Source: Prevotella sp. (GTDB taxonomy: Bacteria > Bacteroidota > Bacteroidia > Bacteroidales > Bacteroidaceae). From it: a stretch of DNA of 64,000 nt. Location: positions 1,503-65,502 of the forward strand of contig JAFWTK010000223.1 in the NCBI GenBank assembly GCA_017518935.1. Direction: 5' to 3'. The notes beneath the pieces are model-generated. The model saw nothing but the letters and a program-made list of their open reading frames with translations. It did no database searches and was not told the origin of the DNA. How positions within the stretch are numbered: position 1 is the first letter of the stretch; every line of letters starts with the position of its first letter. Positions 21,026-30,978 of the stretch are shown piece by piece. The position numbers and the translations under genes are program-made.

Positions 21026-22168
21026 ATGAAACTATTCGACGTTTATCCCCTTTTCGACGTAAATATCGTCAAAGGCAAGGGATGTAAAGTGTGGGATGAC
21101 AAGGGTCAGGAATATCTAGACCTCTATGGCGGTCATGCCGTCATCAGCATCGGACACTCCCACCCACACTATATTGAAAAGGTGACGGAACAACTCGGGA
21201 AGATTGCTTTCTACTCGAACTCGGTGATCAACAAGTTGCAGGTGCAACTGGCAGAGCGATTGGGGAAGATTTCTGGCTACGACGACTACCAACTCTTCCT
21301 GATTAACAGCGGTGCCGAGGCGAACGAGAACGCCTTGAAACTGGCATCCTTCAAGACGGGTAACACCCGCGTGCTCTCCTGTGAGAAAGCCTTCCACGGC
21401 CGTACCTCACTCGCCGTCGAAGTGACGAACAATCCGAAAATCATAGCCCCCATCAACGATAACCACCACACGCGCTTCCTGCCGCTGAACGACTTGGAGC
21501 CGTGGGTACGGGAACTGTCAAAGGGCGGCGTGGCTGCTGTCATTTTAGAATGCATCCAGGGTGTAGGCGGCATCCAGATGGCTACACCTGAGTTTGCACA
21601 AGGACTGGCATACGCCTGTAAGCGTTATGGTGCCGTGCTGATTTGCGACGAAATCCAGTGCGGCTATGGCCGAAGCGGTAAGTTTTTCGCCCACCAGTGG
21701 CTTGGCATCAAGCCAGATATCATCACCGTGGCCAAGGGTATCGCCAATGGATTCCCCATGGGTGCCGTGCTAATCTCTCCTGAGTTTGAGCCCGTCTACG
21801 GACAATTAGGCACAACCTTCGGTGGCAATCACCTCGCCTGTGCGGCAGCACTGGCTGTGCTCGACGTGTTTGAGGAGGAAGGGCTAGTGGAGAATGCTCG
21901 CGTAATAGGCGACTACCTGATGGACGGCATACGCGGCATCGGCAGTTCGCACATCAAGGAGGTGCGCGGTCGCGGACTGATGATTGGTATTGAGTTGGAT
22001 ATGCCACACAAGATGGTACGAAAACCGCTCATCAAGCATGAGCACTGCTTTACGGGCTGTGCCGGACAAAATATACTGCGTCTGTTGCCGCCCCTTTGTC
22101 TCACAAAAGCAGAGGCTGATGATTTCATAGAAAGACTGATTAGAGTACAACCAGAAGAGGAAGATTAA
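21026..22168 (+). CDS. argD: Acetyl/succinyl-ornithine aminotransferase (class III PLP)
   Basis: Motifs NSGAEANE, FHGRT, LICDEIQCG, AKGIANG and TTFGGN. ATG at 21026; the TTG at 20999 lies inside the -7 box. Confidence 0.93.
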   Translation: MKLFDVYPLFDVNIVKGKGCKVWDDKGQEYLDLYGGHAVISIGHSHPHYIEKVTEQLGKIAFYSNSVINKLQVQLAERLGKISGYDDYQLFLINSGAEANENALKLASFKTGNTRVLSCEKAFHGRTSLAVEVTNNPKIIAPINDNHHTRFLPLNDLEPWVRELSKGGVAAVILECIQGVGGIQMATPEFAQGLAYACKRYGAVLICDEIQCGYGRSGKFFAHQWLGIKPDIITVAKGIANGFPMGAVLISPEFEPVYGQLGTTFGGNHLACAAALAVLDVFEEEGLVENARVIGDYLMDGIRGIGSSHIKEVRGRGLMIGIELDMPHKMVRKPLIKHEHCFTGCAGQNILRLLPPLCLTKAEADDFIERLIRVQPEEED

Positions 22169-22173
22169 AGAAT

Positions 22174-22956
22174 ATGAAAATATCTGTGATAGGCGCCGGT
22201 GCTATGGGCGGTGCCACTGTAGAAGGCCTCATCAAAGGCCAGCAGTTCAGAAACGAAGATATCACCGTGAGCGATCCGTCGCAGGCGGTTGTAGAGAAAT
22301 TTACAAAGACGGGGGTCTGTGTGACAACGGATAATAAGTTGGCCGCCGACAGTGCAGATATCGTCTGTGTAGTGGTCAAGCCATGGCTCGTGGAGAGCGT
22401 GCTAAAAGACATTAAGCCAGAACTAGATCCCAAGAAGCAGATTCTGATTGTGATAGCAGCAGGCGTGCCGTCGACCAGCATCAAGGAATGGTTGGGAGAG
22501 AACTGCCCGCCGCTGTTCTTAGTGATACCGAATATCGCCATCGCTGAGATGGCATCGATGACTTTCATCGTACCGTGTGGTGCTGTTGCACAGCACCATA
22601 CAGAACTGGTAAAAGGCATCTTCGACGAGATGGGCAATACGCTCATCACCGACGAGCAGCACTTGGCAGCAGGCACTACCCTCGCCTCTTGCGGCATCGC
22701 CTATGCCATGCGTTATATCCGTGCAGCCTCCGAGGGCGGTGTGGAACTAGGCTTCAAGGCTGATGATGCCAAATCCATCGTCATGCAGACGATGAAAGGC
22801 GCTGTAGAACTACTTGAGGCCAGCGGTTTGCATCCTGAGGCAGCCATTGATTTGGTGACGACACCTGGTGGTGTAACTATCAAGGGTCTCAACGAGATGG
22901 AGCATGCAGGTTTTACCTCGGCAGTTATCAGAGGACTCAAGGCAGGAGCGAAATAA
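22174..22956 (+). CDS. proC: Pyrroline-5-carboxylate reductase
   Basis: Motifs IGAGAMG, VVKP and VTTPGGVT. Confidence 0.95.
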   Translation: MKISVIGAGAMGGATVEGLIKGQQFRNEDITVSDPSQAVVEKFTKTGVCVTTDNKLAADSADIVCVVVKPWLVESVLKDIKPELDPKKQILIVIAAGVPSTSIKEWLGENCPPLFLVIPNIAIAEMASMTFIVPCGAVAQHHTELVKGIFDEMGNTLITDEQHLAAGTTLASCGIAYAMRYIRAASEGGVELGFKADDAKSIVMQTMKGAVELLEASGLHPEAAIDLVTTPGGVTIKGLNEMEHAGFTSAVIRGLKAGAK

Positions 22957-22974
22957 GAATTAACATAGAAGAAT

Positions 22975-23532
22975 ATGGACGAACAATTAAGACAAATAGG
23001 TGAACGTCTGCGCGGATTGCGCGATGTGCTCGACATCCCCGTGAGCGAAATGGCCGATACCATCGGCATCGACGCAGAGAAATATGAGAAAATAGAGGCC
23101 GGCGAACTGGACATCACCATCTCCAACCTGATGAAGATAGCCCGCAAGTACGGTGTATCGACCGAAGAACTGATTTTTGCCGAGTCGCCGCACATGAAGT
23201 CGTACTACGTGACGCGCAAAGGCCAGGGCATGTCGATAGAACGCACAAAGGCCTACAAATATCAGAGTCTGGTGGGCGGATTCGTAGGCCACAAGGCCGA
23301 TGTATTCATCGTCACCGTAGAGCCGAAACCCGGTGTGCGTACGATCTACAAGAACTCGCACCCGGGCCAGGAATTCAACCTTGTGCTCGAAGGCAAGATG
23401 GAACTGTATATCGGCGGCAAGACGATTGTGCTCGACGAGGGCGATTCGATCTATTTCGACTCCACCAAGCCCCACGGCATGCTCGCCGTCGGCGACAAGC
23501 CCGTGAAATTCCTTGCATTTACAGTAGAATAG
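22975..23532 (+). CDS. XRE-family HTH regulator with cupin domain
   Basis: N-terminal HTH (YEKIEAGELDITISNL); cupin motifs HPGQEF and GDSIYFDSTKPH. Confidence 0.9.
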   Translation: MDEQLRQIGERLRGLRDVLDIPVSEMADTIGIDAEKYEKIEAGELDITISNLMKIARKYGVSTEELIFAESPHMKSYYVTRKGQGMSIERTKAYKYQSLVGGFVGHKADVFIVTVEPKPGVRTIYKNSHPGQEFNLVLEGKMELYIGGKTIVLDEGDSIYFDSTKPHGMLAVGDKPVKFLAFTVE

Positions 23533-23543
23533 ACTAGACTTAT

Positions 23544-25214
23544 ATGATTGAGAGATTTTTGAAACAGACGACATTTACATCTGTCGAGGATTACAATAAG
23601 AACTTAGAGTTCATCATCCCAGAGAACTTCAATTTCGCCTATGATGTGATGGATGTATGGGCCGAGGAGAAACCAGAAGGTCTTGCCATCCTTTGGACCA
23701 ACGACCAAGGTGAAGAGATCCGTACAACCTTTGCCGAACTGAAAGAGCAGACAGATCAGGCTGCCTCGTATTTGCAGACATTAGGCATCGGTAAGAACGA
23801 CCCGGTGATGCTCATCTTGAAACGCCGCTATGAGTGGTGGGTCGTAATGCTCGCCCTCTGTAAGATTGGTGCCATCGTGATTCCTGCCACACATATGCTG
23901 ACGAAACATGATATAGTTTATAGGAATACACGTGCGAGCGTGAAGGCAATCATCTGCGTGGATGATTCCTACGTAGTGAGTCAGATTCAGGCGGCCATGT
24001 CTGAGAGTCCGACGGTGAAACAGTATATCGCCATCACCGACCACGGTAAGCCCATCCCCGAGGGATTCCATGACTGGCAGACGGAATGGAAACAGACGCC
24101 GAAGTTCGTACGTCCCGCCTTCGTCAATACCAACGACGATACCATGCTGATGTATTTCACTTCTGGTACAAGCGGTGAACCGAAGATGGTGGCTCACGAT
24201 TATCTATACGCCATGGGACATTTGTCAACGGGTGTCTTCTGGCACAATCTCCACGAGGGCTCGCTCCATCTAACAGTGGCTGATACCGGCTGGGGCAAAG
24301 CCGTCTGGGGTAAGTTCTATGGTCAGTGGTTTGCCGGTGCAACTGTGTTCGTATTCGACCACGAGAAATTCAATGCAGACACTCTGCTCCGTCAGATGGA
24401 GAAGTACAAAGTGACGAGTTTTTGCGCGCCCCCGACCATCTACCGCTTTATGATACGAGAGGATCTGAGCAAATACGACCTTTCTTCGCTGGAATACTGC
24501 TGTACGGCCGGTGAGGCCCTTAACCCCGCTGTCTTCGACAAACTCAAAGAGAAAATCGGCCTCAATATCATGGAGGGTTTCGGCCAGACGGAGACCACGA
24601 TGACCCTCGGCACCTTCCCTTGGATGACACCGAAGCCCGGCAGTATGGGTATCCCCAATGCACAGTACGACATCGACCTCATCCGCGCCGACGGAACCAG
24701 TTGCGAGGATGGTGAGAAAGGCGAGATTGTGGTGCGCGTCGGTGACCGCAAGCCCATCGGACTCTTCAAGGAATACTACCGTGATCCCGAACTGACCCGC
24801 GAGGCCTGGCATGACGGACTCTATCATACAGGCGATATGGCCTGGCGCGACGAGGATGGTTACTACTGGTTCGAGGGCCGTATCGATGATGTAATCAAAT
24901 CCTCAGGTTATCGCATTGGCCCGTTCGAGGTGGAGAGTGCACTCATGACCCACCCAGCCGTCGTGGAATGCGCCATTACCGGTGTACCCGATGATATCCG
25001 CGGCATGGTGGTGAAGGCTACCGTCGTGCTCGGCAAGGAGTGGAAGGACAAGGCTGGAGACGACCTGATCAAGGAATTACAGCAACACGTCAAAAAAGAG
25101 ACGGCTCCCTATAAGTATCCCCGCATTGTCGAGTTCGTCGACGAACTGCCCAAGACCATCAGTGGTAAGATCCGCCGTGTAGAAATCCGGAAAAAAGACG
25201 CGGGAGAAAAGTAA
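23544..25214 (+). CDS. AMP-forming acyl-CoA synthetase
   Basis: Motifs YFTSGTSGEPK, GFGQTET, YHTGD and LPKTISGKI. Confidence 0.92.
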   Translation: MIERFLKQTTFTSVEDYNKNLEFIIPENFNFAYDVMDVWAEEKPEGLAILWTNDQGEEIRTTFAELKEQTDQAASYLQTLGIGKNDPVMLILKRRYEWWVVMLALCKIGAIVIPATHMLTKHDIVYRNTRASVKAIICVDDSYVVSQIQAAMSESPTVKQYIAITDHGKPIPEGFHDWQTEWKQTPKFVRPAFVNTNDDTMLMYFTSGTSGEPKMVAHDYLYAMGHLSTGVFWHNLHEGSLHLTVADTGWGKAVWGKFYGQWFAGATVFVFDHEKFNADTLLRQMEKYKVTSFCAPPTIYRFMIREDLSKYDLSSLEYCCTAGEALNPAVFDKLKEKIGLNIMEGFGQTETTMTLGTFPWMTPKPGSMGIPNAQYDIDLIRADGTSCEDGEKGEIVVRVGDRKPIGLFKEYYRDPELTREAWHDGLYHTGDMAWRDEDGYYWFEGRIDDVIKSSGYRIGPFEVESALMTHPAVVECAITGVPDDIRGMVVKATVVLGKEWKDKAGDDLIKELQQHVKKETAPYKYPRIVEFVDELPKTISGKIRRVEIRKKDAGEK

Positions 25215-25224
25215 AAAGGTAAAA

Positions 25225-25584
25225 ATGGCGGCGCATAATGAACTGGGTAAGTGGGGCGAGGACATAGCCGCAACCTATCTGAAAAAAAAAGGCTTTGAGA
25301 TTATAGAGCGCGACTGGAAATCGGGACACCACGACCTTGACATTGTGGCAAAGGACGGCAATACTTTGGTAATTGTGGAAGTAAAGACTCGTCGCAACCG
25401 ACTGTTCGGTAATCCCGAGGAAGCCATCGACTACAAGAAACGGAAGAGTCTGCAATCGGCCATTAACCACTATATTAAGAGTCATTGTACAGGCCAAGAG
25501 GTGCGCTTCGACATCATCAGTATCGTTGGTATGATAGGCTCCCAACCCGAGATAGACCACATCATAGATGTAGCACTTCTATAA
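25225..25584 (+). CDS. yraN: YraN (UPF0102) family endonuclease-like protein
   Basis: Motifs LGKWGEDIAA, DLDIVA, IVEVKTR and RFDIISI. Confidence 0.9.
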   Translation: MAAHNELGKWGEDIAATYLKKKGFEIIERDWKSGHHDLDIVAKDGNTLVIVEVKTRRNRLFGNPEEAIDYKKRKSLQSAINHYIKSHCTGQEVRFDIISIVGMIGSQPEIDHIIDVALL

Positions 25585-25611
25585 GTGAATAGTGAATAAT
25601 TTTCTACCGCA

Positions 25612-26385
25612 ATGAAAAAGAGAATAGTAATCAAGATAGGTTCGAACGTATTGACAAGGACAGACGGAAAACTAGATGTTACCCGCATGTCAGCACTAGT
25701 TGACCAAGTAGCCTGGCTACGGAGGCAGGATATTGAGGTGATTCTCGTATCGTCAGGTGCCGTTGCCTGCGGACGACGGGAACTGACCATAGACCACTCG
25801 CTTGACTCCGTAGAACAGCGTCAGTTATTCTCCGCCGTCGGACAGGTCAAACTCGTAGGTCTTTACTACGACTTGTTCCGCGAGTTCGGCATCCATGTCG
25901 GTCAGGTGCTGACGATGAAGGAGAACTTTGAACCCGGCGAGCAGTACCGCAACCAGCGGGCCTGTATGACGGTGATGCTGGAAAACGACGTGCTGCCCAT
26001 CGTCAATGAAAACGACACCGTAAGTGTCACCGAGTTGATGTTCACCGATAACGATGAACTCTCGGGTCTCATCGCACAGATGATGCAGGCCGATACACTC
26101 ATTCTGCTTTCCAATATCGACGGTATCTACGACGGTCATCCCGACAATCCTGCATCGCGCATCATTCCCCGTGTGGAGCCCAGCACCGACCTGTCGCAAT
26201 ACATCAAGGAAGAGAAAAGTGCCTTCGGTCGTGGTGGTATGCACTCTAAATACACCACTGCCACTAAGGTATCGCAGGCTGGCATCCGTGTCATCATCGC
26301 CAACGGCGAGCGCGAGAACATTCTCATCAATTTGATGAATCAACCCACATCAACCCCACATACTGAATTTACACCATGCAACTGA
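25612..26385 (+). CDS. proB: Glutamate 5-kinase (short form, no PUA domain)
   Basis: Motifs [28 protein letters not shown] and GRGGMHSK. Confidence 0.95.
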   Translation: MKKRIVIKIGSNVLTRTDGKLDVTRMSALVDQVAWLRRQDIEVILVSSGAVACGRRELTIDHSLDSVEQRQLFSAVGQVKLVGLYYDLFREFGIHVGQVLTMKENFEPGEQYRNQRACMTVMLENDVLPIVNENDTVSVTELMFTDNDELSGLIAQMMQADTLILLSNIDGIYDGHPDNPASRIIPRVEPSTDLSQYIKEEKSAFGRGGMHSKYTTATKVSQAGIRVIIANGERENILINLMNQPTSTPHTEFTPCN

Positions 26386-27617
26386 AAAAGACTTTTGAAA
26401 AAGTAAAGCGTGCCAGCAAGAGTCTGGCCCTGCTGAGCGACGAGCAACGCAACGAGATACTAAATGCCGTTGCCGATGCTATTATATATAATAAGGTGAG
26501 AATCCTTGAAGCCAATGCCCAGGACCTGGCCAAGATGGAGAAGAGCAATCCTCTCTACGACCGCCTGCAACTGACGGAGAGCCGCTTGGAAGGTATTGCT
26601 GCCGATATGCGGAATGTCGCCACCCTGCCTACACCCCTGGGACATGTCACGAAGCAGAAAACACTGCCCAACGGTCTGCGTCTTTGTCGCATCAGTGTAC
26701 CCTTCGGTGTCATCGGCATGATCTACGAGGCTCGACCGAACGTGACATTCGATGTCTTTTCGCTCTGTTTTAAGAGTGGTAATGCCTGCGTGCTGAAGGG
26801 CGGGAAGGATGCCGACTACTCTAACCGCGAAGAGGTGGCACTCATTCACGAGATACTGGAAAAGTATGGTGTATCGAAGGATGTCGTAGCCCTGTTGCCT
26901 GCCACCCATGAAGCCACGGGCGAAATGCTCAATGCCGTGGGTTATATAGACCTCTGTATCCCGCGTGGCGGTCGAAAACTCATCGACTTTGTCCGTGATA
27001 CCGCCCGCGTGCCAGTGATTGAGACGGGAGCCGGCGTGGTGAACACTTACTTCGATAAGGACGGCGACTTGGAAATGGGTCGCGCCATCATCAGCAATGC
27101 CAAGACCCGCCGTGTCTCAGTCTGCAATGCACTGGACTGCCTCATTATTCACGAGAGTCGCCTAAACGACCTGTCCACCCTCTGCGAGATAATGGCCGAG
27201 AAGAACGTCATCATCTATGCCGACGAGCAGGCTTTTGCCACCCTCTACGGTAAGTATCCTTATTTGGAACATGCCACCACCGAGAGTTTCGGCACGGAGT
27301 TCATGGACTACAAGATGGCCATCAAGACCGTTGCTTCGCTCGATGAGGCACTGACACATATCGACGAAAATGGCTCTGGGCACAGTGAGGCCATCATCAC
27401 GATGAATGAGGAGACGGCCCGTAAGTTCCAAGCCCATGTCGATGCGGCCTGCGTCTACTGGAACGCTCCGACTTCGTTTACTGACGGTGCGCAGTTCGGC
27501 CTCGGTGCAGAGATAGGTATCTCCACCCAGAAACTCGGTCCTCGTGGCCCGATGGCACTTGAAGAGATTTGCACCTACAAGTGGCTCATCGAGGGCGAGG
27601 GGCAGACTCGTCCATAA
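26376..27617 (+). CDS. proA: Gamma-glutamyl phosphate reductase
   Basis: Motifs [16 protein letters not shown] and [19 protein letters not shown]. Confidence 0.96.
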   Translation: MQLKKTFEKVKRASKSLALLSDEQRNEILNAVADAIIYNKVRILEANAQDLAKMEKSNPLYDRLQLTESRLEGIAADMRNVATLPTPLGHVTKQKTLPNGLRLCRISVPFGVIGMIYEARPNVTFDVFSLCFKSGNACVLKGGKDADYSNREEVALIHEILEKYGVSKDVVALLPATHEATGEMLNAVGYIDLCIPRGGRKLIDFVRDTARVPVIETGAGVVNTYFDKDGDLEMGRAIISNAKTRRVSVCNALDCLIIHESRLNDLSTLCEIMAEKNVIIYADEQAFATLYGKYPYLEHATTESFGTEFMDYKMAIKTVASLDEALTHIDENGSGHSEAIITMNEETARKFQAHVDAACVYWNAPTSFTDGAQFGLGAEIGISTQKLGPRGPMALEEICTYKWLIEGEGQTRP

Positions 27618-27650
27618 ATTCCCATTATCCCCATTAAAAACATTACAGAA

Positions 27651-28613
27651 ATGAAAAGTTTTATCAACGTAGAAGATATCGGCGACCTCCAGAAAGCCCT
27701 CGCCGAAGCACAGGAGATTAAGAACGACCGCTACAAATACCAGCACCTGGGACGGAACAAGACCCTGATGATGATTTTCTTCAATAATTCCCTCCGCACC
27801 CGCCTCTCCACCCAGAAGGCCGCGATGAACTTAGGCATGAACGTGATCGTGCTCGATGTGAATGCCGGCGCTTGGAAGTTAGAGACCGAACGCGGCGTCA
27901 TTATGGACGGCGACAAGAGTGAGCATCTGTTGGAAGCCATTCCCGTGATGGGCTGCTATTGCGACCTCATCGGTGTACGCTCGTTCGCCGGACTTACCGA
28001 CCGTGAGTATGACTATGCAGAAACGGTGCTGAATCAGTTTATCAAGTATTCCGGCCGTCCCGTCTTCGCTATGGAGACCGCCACCGTGCATCCCTTACAG
28101 GCCTTCGCCGACCTCATCACGATTGAGGAGCATAAGCCAGTAGAACGTCCGAAGGTTGTACTCACCTGGGCCCCGCACTGCCGCGCCTTACCGCAAGCCG
28201 TACCTAACTCGTTCGCTCAGTGGATGAACGCCGCCAATGTCGACCTCGTCATCACCCACCCTGAGGGTTACGAACTCGATCCGAAATTCATCGGCAATGC
28301 CCGTGTGGAATATGATCAGAAGAAAGCCTTTGAAGGTGCTGACTTCATCTATGCCAAGAACTGGTCGAACCCTGGTGTGACGAATCCTGCCGACTATGGC
28401 AAGATCACTTCGAAGGATATGTCGTGGACGGTAGATACAGAGCACATGTCGTGGACCAACAACGGCAAGTTCTTACATTGCCTGCCCGTCCGTCGTAATC
28501 TGATTGTCACAGATGATGTCATCGAATCTCCCAACAGCCTTGTCATCCCTGAGGCCGCCAATCGGGAAATCAGTTGTTCGGTCGTCATCAAACGAATGCT
28601 TGAAAGCCTGTAA
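27651..28613 (+). CDS. argF: N-acylornithine carbamoyltransferase (ArgF', probably succinyl-specific)
   Basis: SLRT carbamoyl-phosphate motif, HPLQ, WAPH and HCLPVRR are typical of the AOTCase/SOTCase group. Confidence 0.9.
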   Translation: MKSFINVEDIGDLQKALAEAQEIKNDRYKYQHLGRNKTLMMIFFNNSLRTRLSTQKAAMNLGMNVIVLDVNAGAWKLETERGVIMDGDKSEHLLEAIPVMGCYCDLIGVRSFAGLTDREYDYAETVLNQFIKYSGRPVFAMETATVHPLQAFADLITIEEHKPVERPKVVLTWAPHCRALPQAVPNSFAQWMNAANVDLVITHPEGYELDPKFIGNARVEYDQKKAFEGADFIYAKNWSNPGVTNPADYGKITSKDMSWTVDTEHMSWTNNGKFLHCLPVRRNLIVTDDVIESPNSLVIPEAANREISCSVVIKRMLESL

Positions 28614-28638
28614 TACATGAAGAGTGAGGTCAGACGCC

Positions 28639-29607
28639 TCACTCTTCTTTTTTCTCAAAGTATGCTGCCACGCGATCCATGATGTTCTGGCAGATATAAG
28701 GATAGTAGAATTTCAGTTCCCGATGGTGGTAGTTACCCGGCACGCCAATGATAGGCATCGGACTATTGTCTGGATAATTATCTACCAATACCAGATGACT
28801 CTCTGGATCGCACCGAGCCGTCAGCGTATCAGTACGCTTATAGTCAACGACCACAAACGGTGCGCTAACCGTGTCCGTCCGCCAGTTCACCGGATTGATG
28901 CACAACAGGTTGCCTCCACTCACCACTGAGATGGTGTCCTCAGACGAGCGCACAGAGTTGAAACAGATGGTCACCCCCGTATCCGCCGCCCCATGTGCTG
29001 GTCGTATCAGCGGACAAGAATCCAAATCCTCCTTTGTCACCTTATAGCCGACAACATAGGCCGCAACTAGCCGCGAGGCGATGCTGTCCGGCATCCGTCG
29101 CATAATGTCCATCATGGCGTGTGCCCCTTGGCTGTATCCCGCAATCACAAAGGGTCTGCCCTGGTTGTAATGCGCTATGTAATACTCCCAACTGCGTCGC
29201 ACATCTGCCAGTGCCAAGGGCAGTCGTGCCATCGTTGCCTCCACAGACTCCCACGACTGCATGGACACCTGACGGTAATAAGGCGAGAAATAGTTGCAGT
29301 CGCCAGAATAGAAAGAATCCACGGCATGCATCTCAAGTGCCATGCACTCCCGTAGATAATCATCATAGGTATCGGCAAAATGACAGGTATCGCCATCCTT
29401 TAGATGGTAGCCCGTCTCGGTGGAAATAATATAGAAAAGGTCAGCCCTTCCGCCTCGGTCACGGATAAACCACTGCGATGAATCAGCATAGTCCGGTTCA
29501 GTGGGTATAGGGCCAATCAGCGTATCCTTGCCGTCATCCCAAGAAGAGAGCAACAGCAACAGAGCCATTGCCCCAAGCATCATCAATACCCTTTTCCGCC
29601 TCATCAT
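28639..29607 (-). CDS. DUF3089-family alpha/beta-hydrolase-fold secreted protein
   Basis: Signal peptide; motifs FSPYYRQ, GRPFVIAGYSQG (GxSxG) and CINPVNW. Confidence 0.8.
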   Translation of the reverse strand: MMRRKRVLMMLGAMALLLLLSSWDDGKDTLIGPIPTEPDYADSSQWFIRDRGGRADLFYIISTETGYHLKDGDTCHFADTYDDYLRECMALEMHAVDSFYSGDCNYFSPYYRQVSMQSWESVEATMARLPLALADVRRSWEYYIAHYNQGRPFVIAGYSQGAHAMMDIMRRMPDSIASRLVAAYVVGYKVTKEDLDSCPLIRPAHGAADTGVTICFNSVRSSEDTISVVSGGNLLCINPVNWRTDTVSAPFVVVDYKRTDTLTARCDPESHLVLVDNYPDNSPMPIIGVPGNYHHRELKFYYPYICQNIMDRVAAYFEKKEE

Positions 29608-29633
29608 CGTTGTGGTTGAATGAAATTTGGCTG

Positions 29634-29692
29634 CAAAGATACAAAAAAAGCCACAGATTACATTGATTGTTACATATTATTTCGTAATTTTG
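29634..29692. promoter_or_regulatory. Divergent promoters (DUF3089 gene / threonine aldolase)
   Basis: TATCTTTG on minus (29634-29641) and TAATTTTG on plus (29685-29692). Confidence 0.6.
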
Positions 29693-29714
29693 CAACCAAT
29701 AAACAGACAAAACG

Positions 29715-30746
29715 ATGATATCATTCGAATGTGACTACAACAACGGTGCCTGTCCGGAGGTGCTCAACAACCTGATTAAGTACAACAATGCCAAGCCGAC
29801 TCCTTATGGTTTCGACGAGTTCAGCGAACGCGCCAAGGCTCGCATCCGTGAGGCATGCGGCATACCCGACGCACAGATATTCTTCCTGACTGGTGGCACC
29901 CAGACCAATGCCACCACCATTGACTCAATGCTCTATCAGTACGAGGGTGTCATCTGCGTCGGCTCTGGACACATCAATGTCCACGAGGCGGGAGCCGTAG
30001 AATTCACGGAACACAAGATCATAACCATTGCAGATACCGACGGCAAGATGGAGGCCAGGACACTCGACAAATACCTTGACGACTATATGCACGACGGCAA
30101 CAAGGATCATGCCGTACATCCAGGATTGGTCTATATCACCTTCCCCACCGAATTTGGTACGCTCTACTCTGCCAAGGAACTTAATGACATCTATCAGGTC
30201 TGCCTGCGCTATGAGATTCCCCTCTATATCGACGGTGCCCGTCTCGGCTATGGCCTGATGGCAGAGGGGAACGATATTACCCTACCCTATCTAGCCCGTC
30301 ACTGTGACGTGTTCTATATTGGCGGCACGAAGATTGGTGCCCTTTGCGGTGAGGCGGTGGTCTTCACCAACCGCAAGGCCCACAAGCATTTCTTCTCCAT
30401 CCAGAAGCAGCACGGTGCTGTGATTGCCAAAGGGGCGCTGATTGGTTTGCAGTTTGAAGCGCTGTTTAGCAACAACCTTTATTTCAAACTTTCCGAACAT
30501 GCCATCAAGATGGCCATGAGGATGAAGGAAATCTTCAAACGAAGAGGTTTTGAATTCTATGTAGACTCCCCCACTAACCAACAGTTCGTCGTCATCGACA
30601 ACGAACAGGCAGAGCGGTTGAGTCGTCAAGTGGAGTTCTCTCACTTCGGCCAAACCGACCACCATCATACTATCTGCCGTTTCGTCACCAGTTGGGCCAC
30701 AACTGAGGAAGATATCAATACACTGGAGCAGATTCTCCTCGGCTGA
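29715..30746 (+). CDS. Low-specificity L-threonine aldolase
   Basis: Motifs GGTQTN, HINVHEAGA, YIDGARL and GGTKIG (PLP lysine). Confidence 0.9.
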   Translation: MISFECDYNNGACPEVLNNLIKYNNAKPTPYGFDEFSERAKARIREACGIPDAQIFFLTGGTQTNATTIDSMLYQYEGVICVGSGHINVHEAGAVEFTEHKIITIADTDGKMEARTLDKYLDDYMHDGNKDHAVHPGLVYITFPTEFGTLYSAKELNDIYQVCLRYEIPLYIDGARLGYGLMAEGNDITLPYLARHCDVFYIGGTKIGALCGEAVVFTNRKAHKHFFSIQKQHGAVIAKGALIGLQFEALFSNNLYFKLSEHAIKMAMRMKEIFKRRGFEFYVDSPTNQQFVVIDNEQAERLSRQVEFSHFGQTDHHHTICRFVTSWATTEEDINTLEQILLG

Positions 30747-30915
30747 CTCCTTTAAGTGTATTGTTTACATTCAAGGCAAAAACGGCCTTAAAAACGCCTG
30801 TGTAGTAACTACACTTATTGACACTTTTCCTCCCTTTTTAGTTAAAAACAGGAGGAAAAGCAAAATAGTATCAGCAATAATCAAAAAAAGTTGCTTTGGT
30901 TTCAACAAATTATCA

Positions 30916-30923
30916 TACTTTTG
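30916..30923 (+). promoter_or_regulatory. -7 promoter element of the mannan-type PUL
   Basis: TACTTTTG about 55 nt upstream of the susC ATG. A hairpin (CTTTTCCTCC/GGAGGAAAAG, ~30824-30860) lies upstream and may terminate the aldolase gene. Confidence 0.55.
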
Positions 30924-30978
30924 CAACTGAAATTCTAACTAAGTACAACAATTCTAACATTTATTATATAACTAACGT

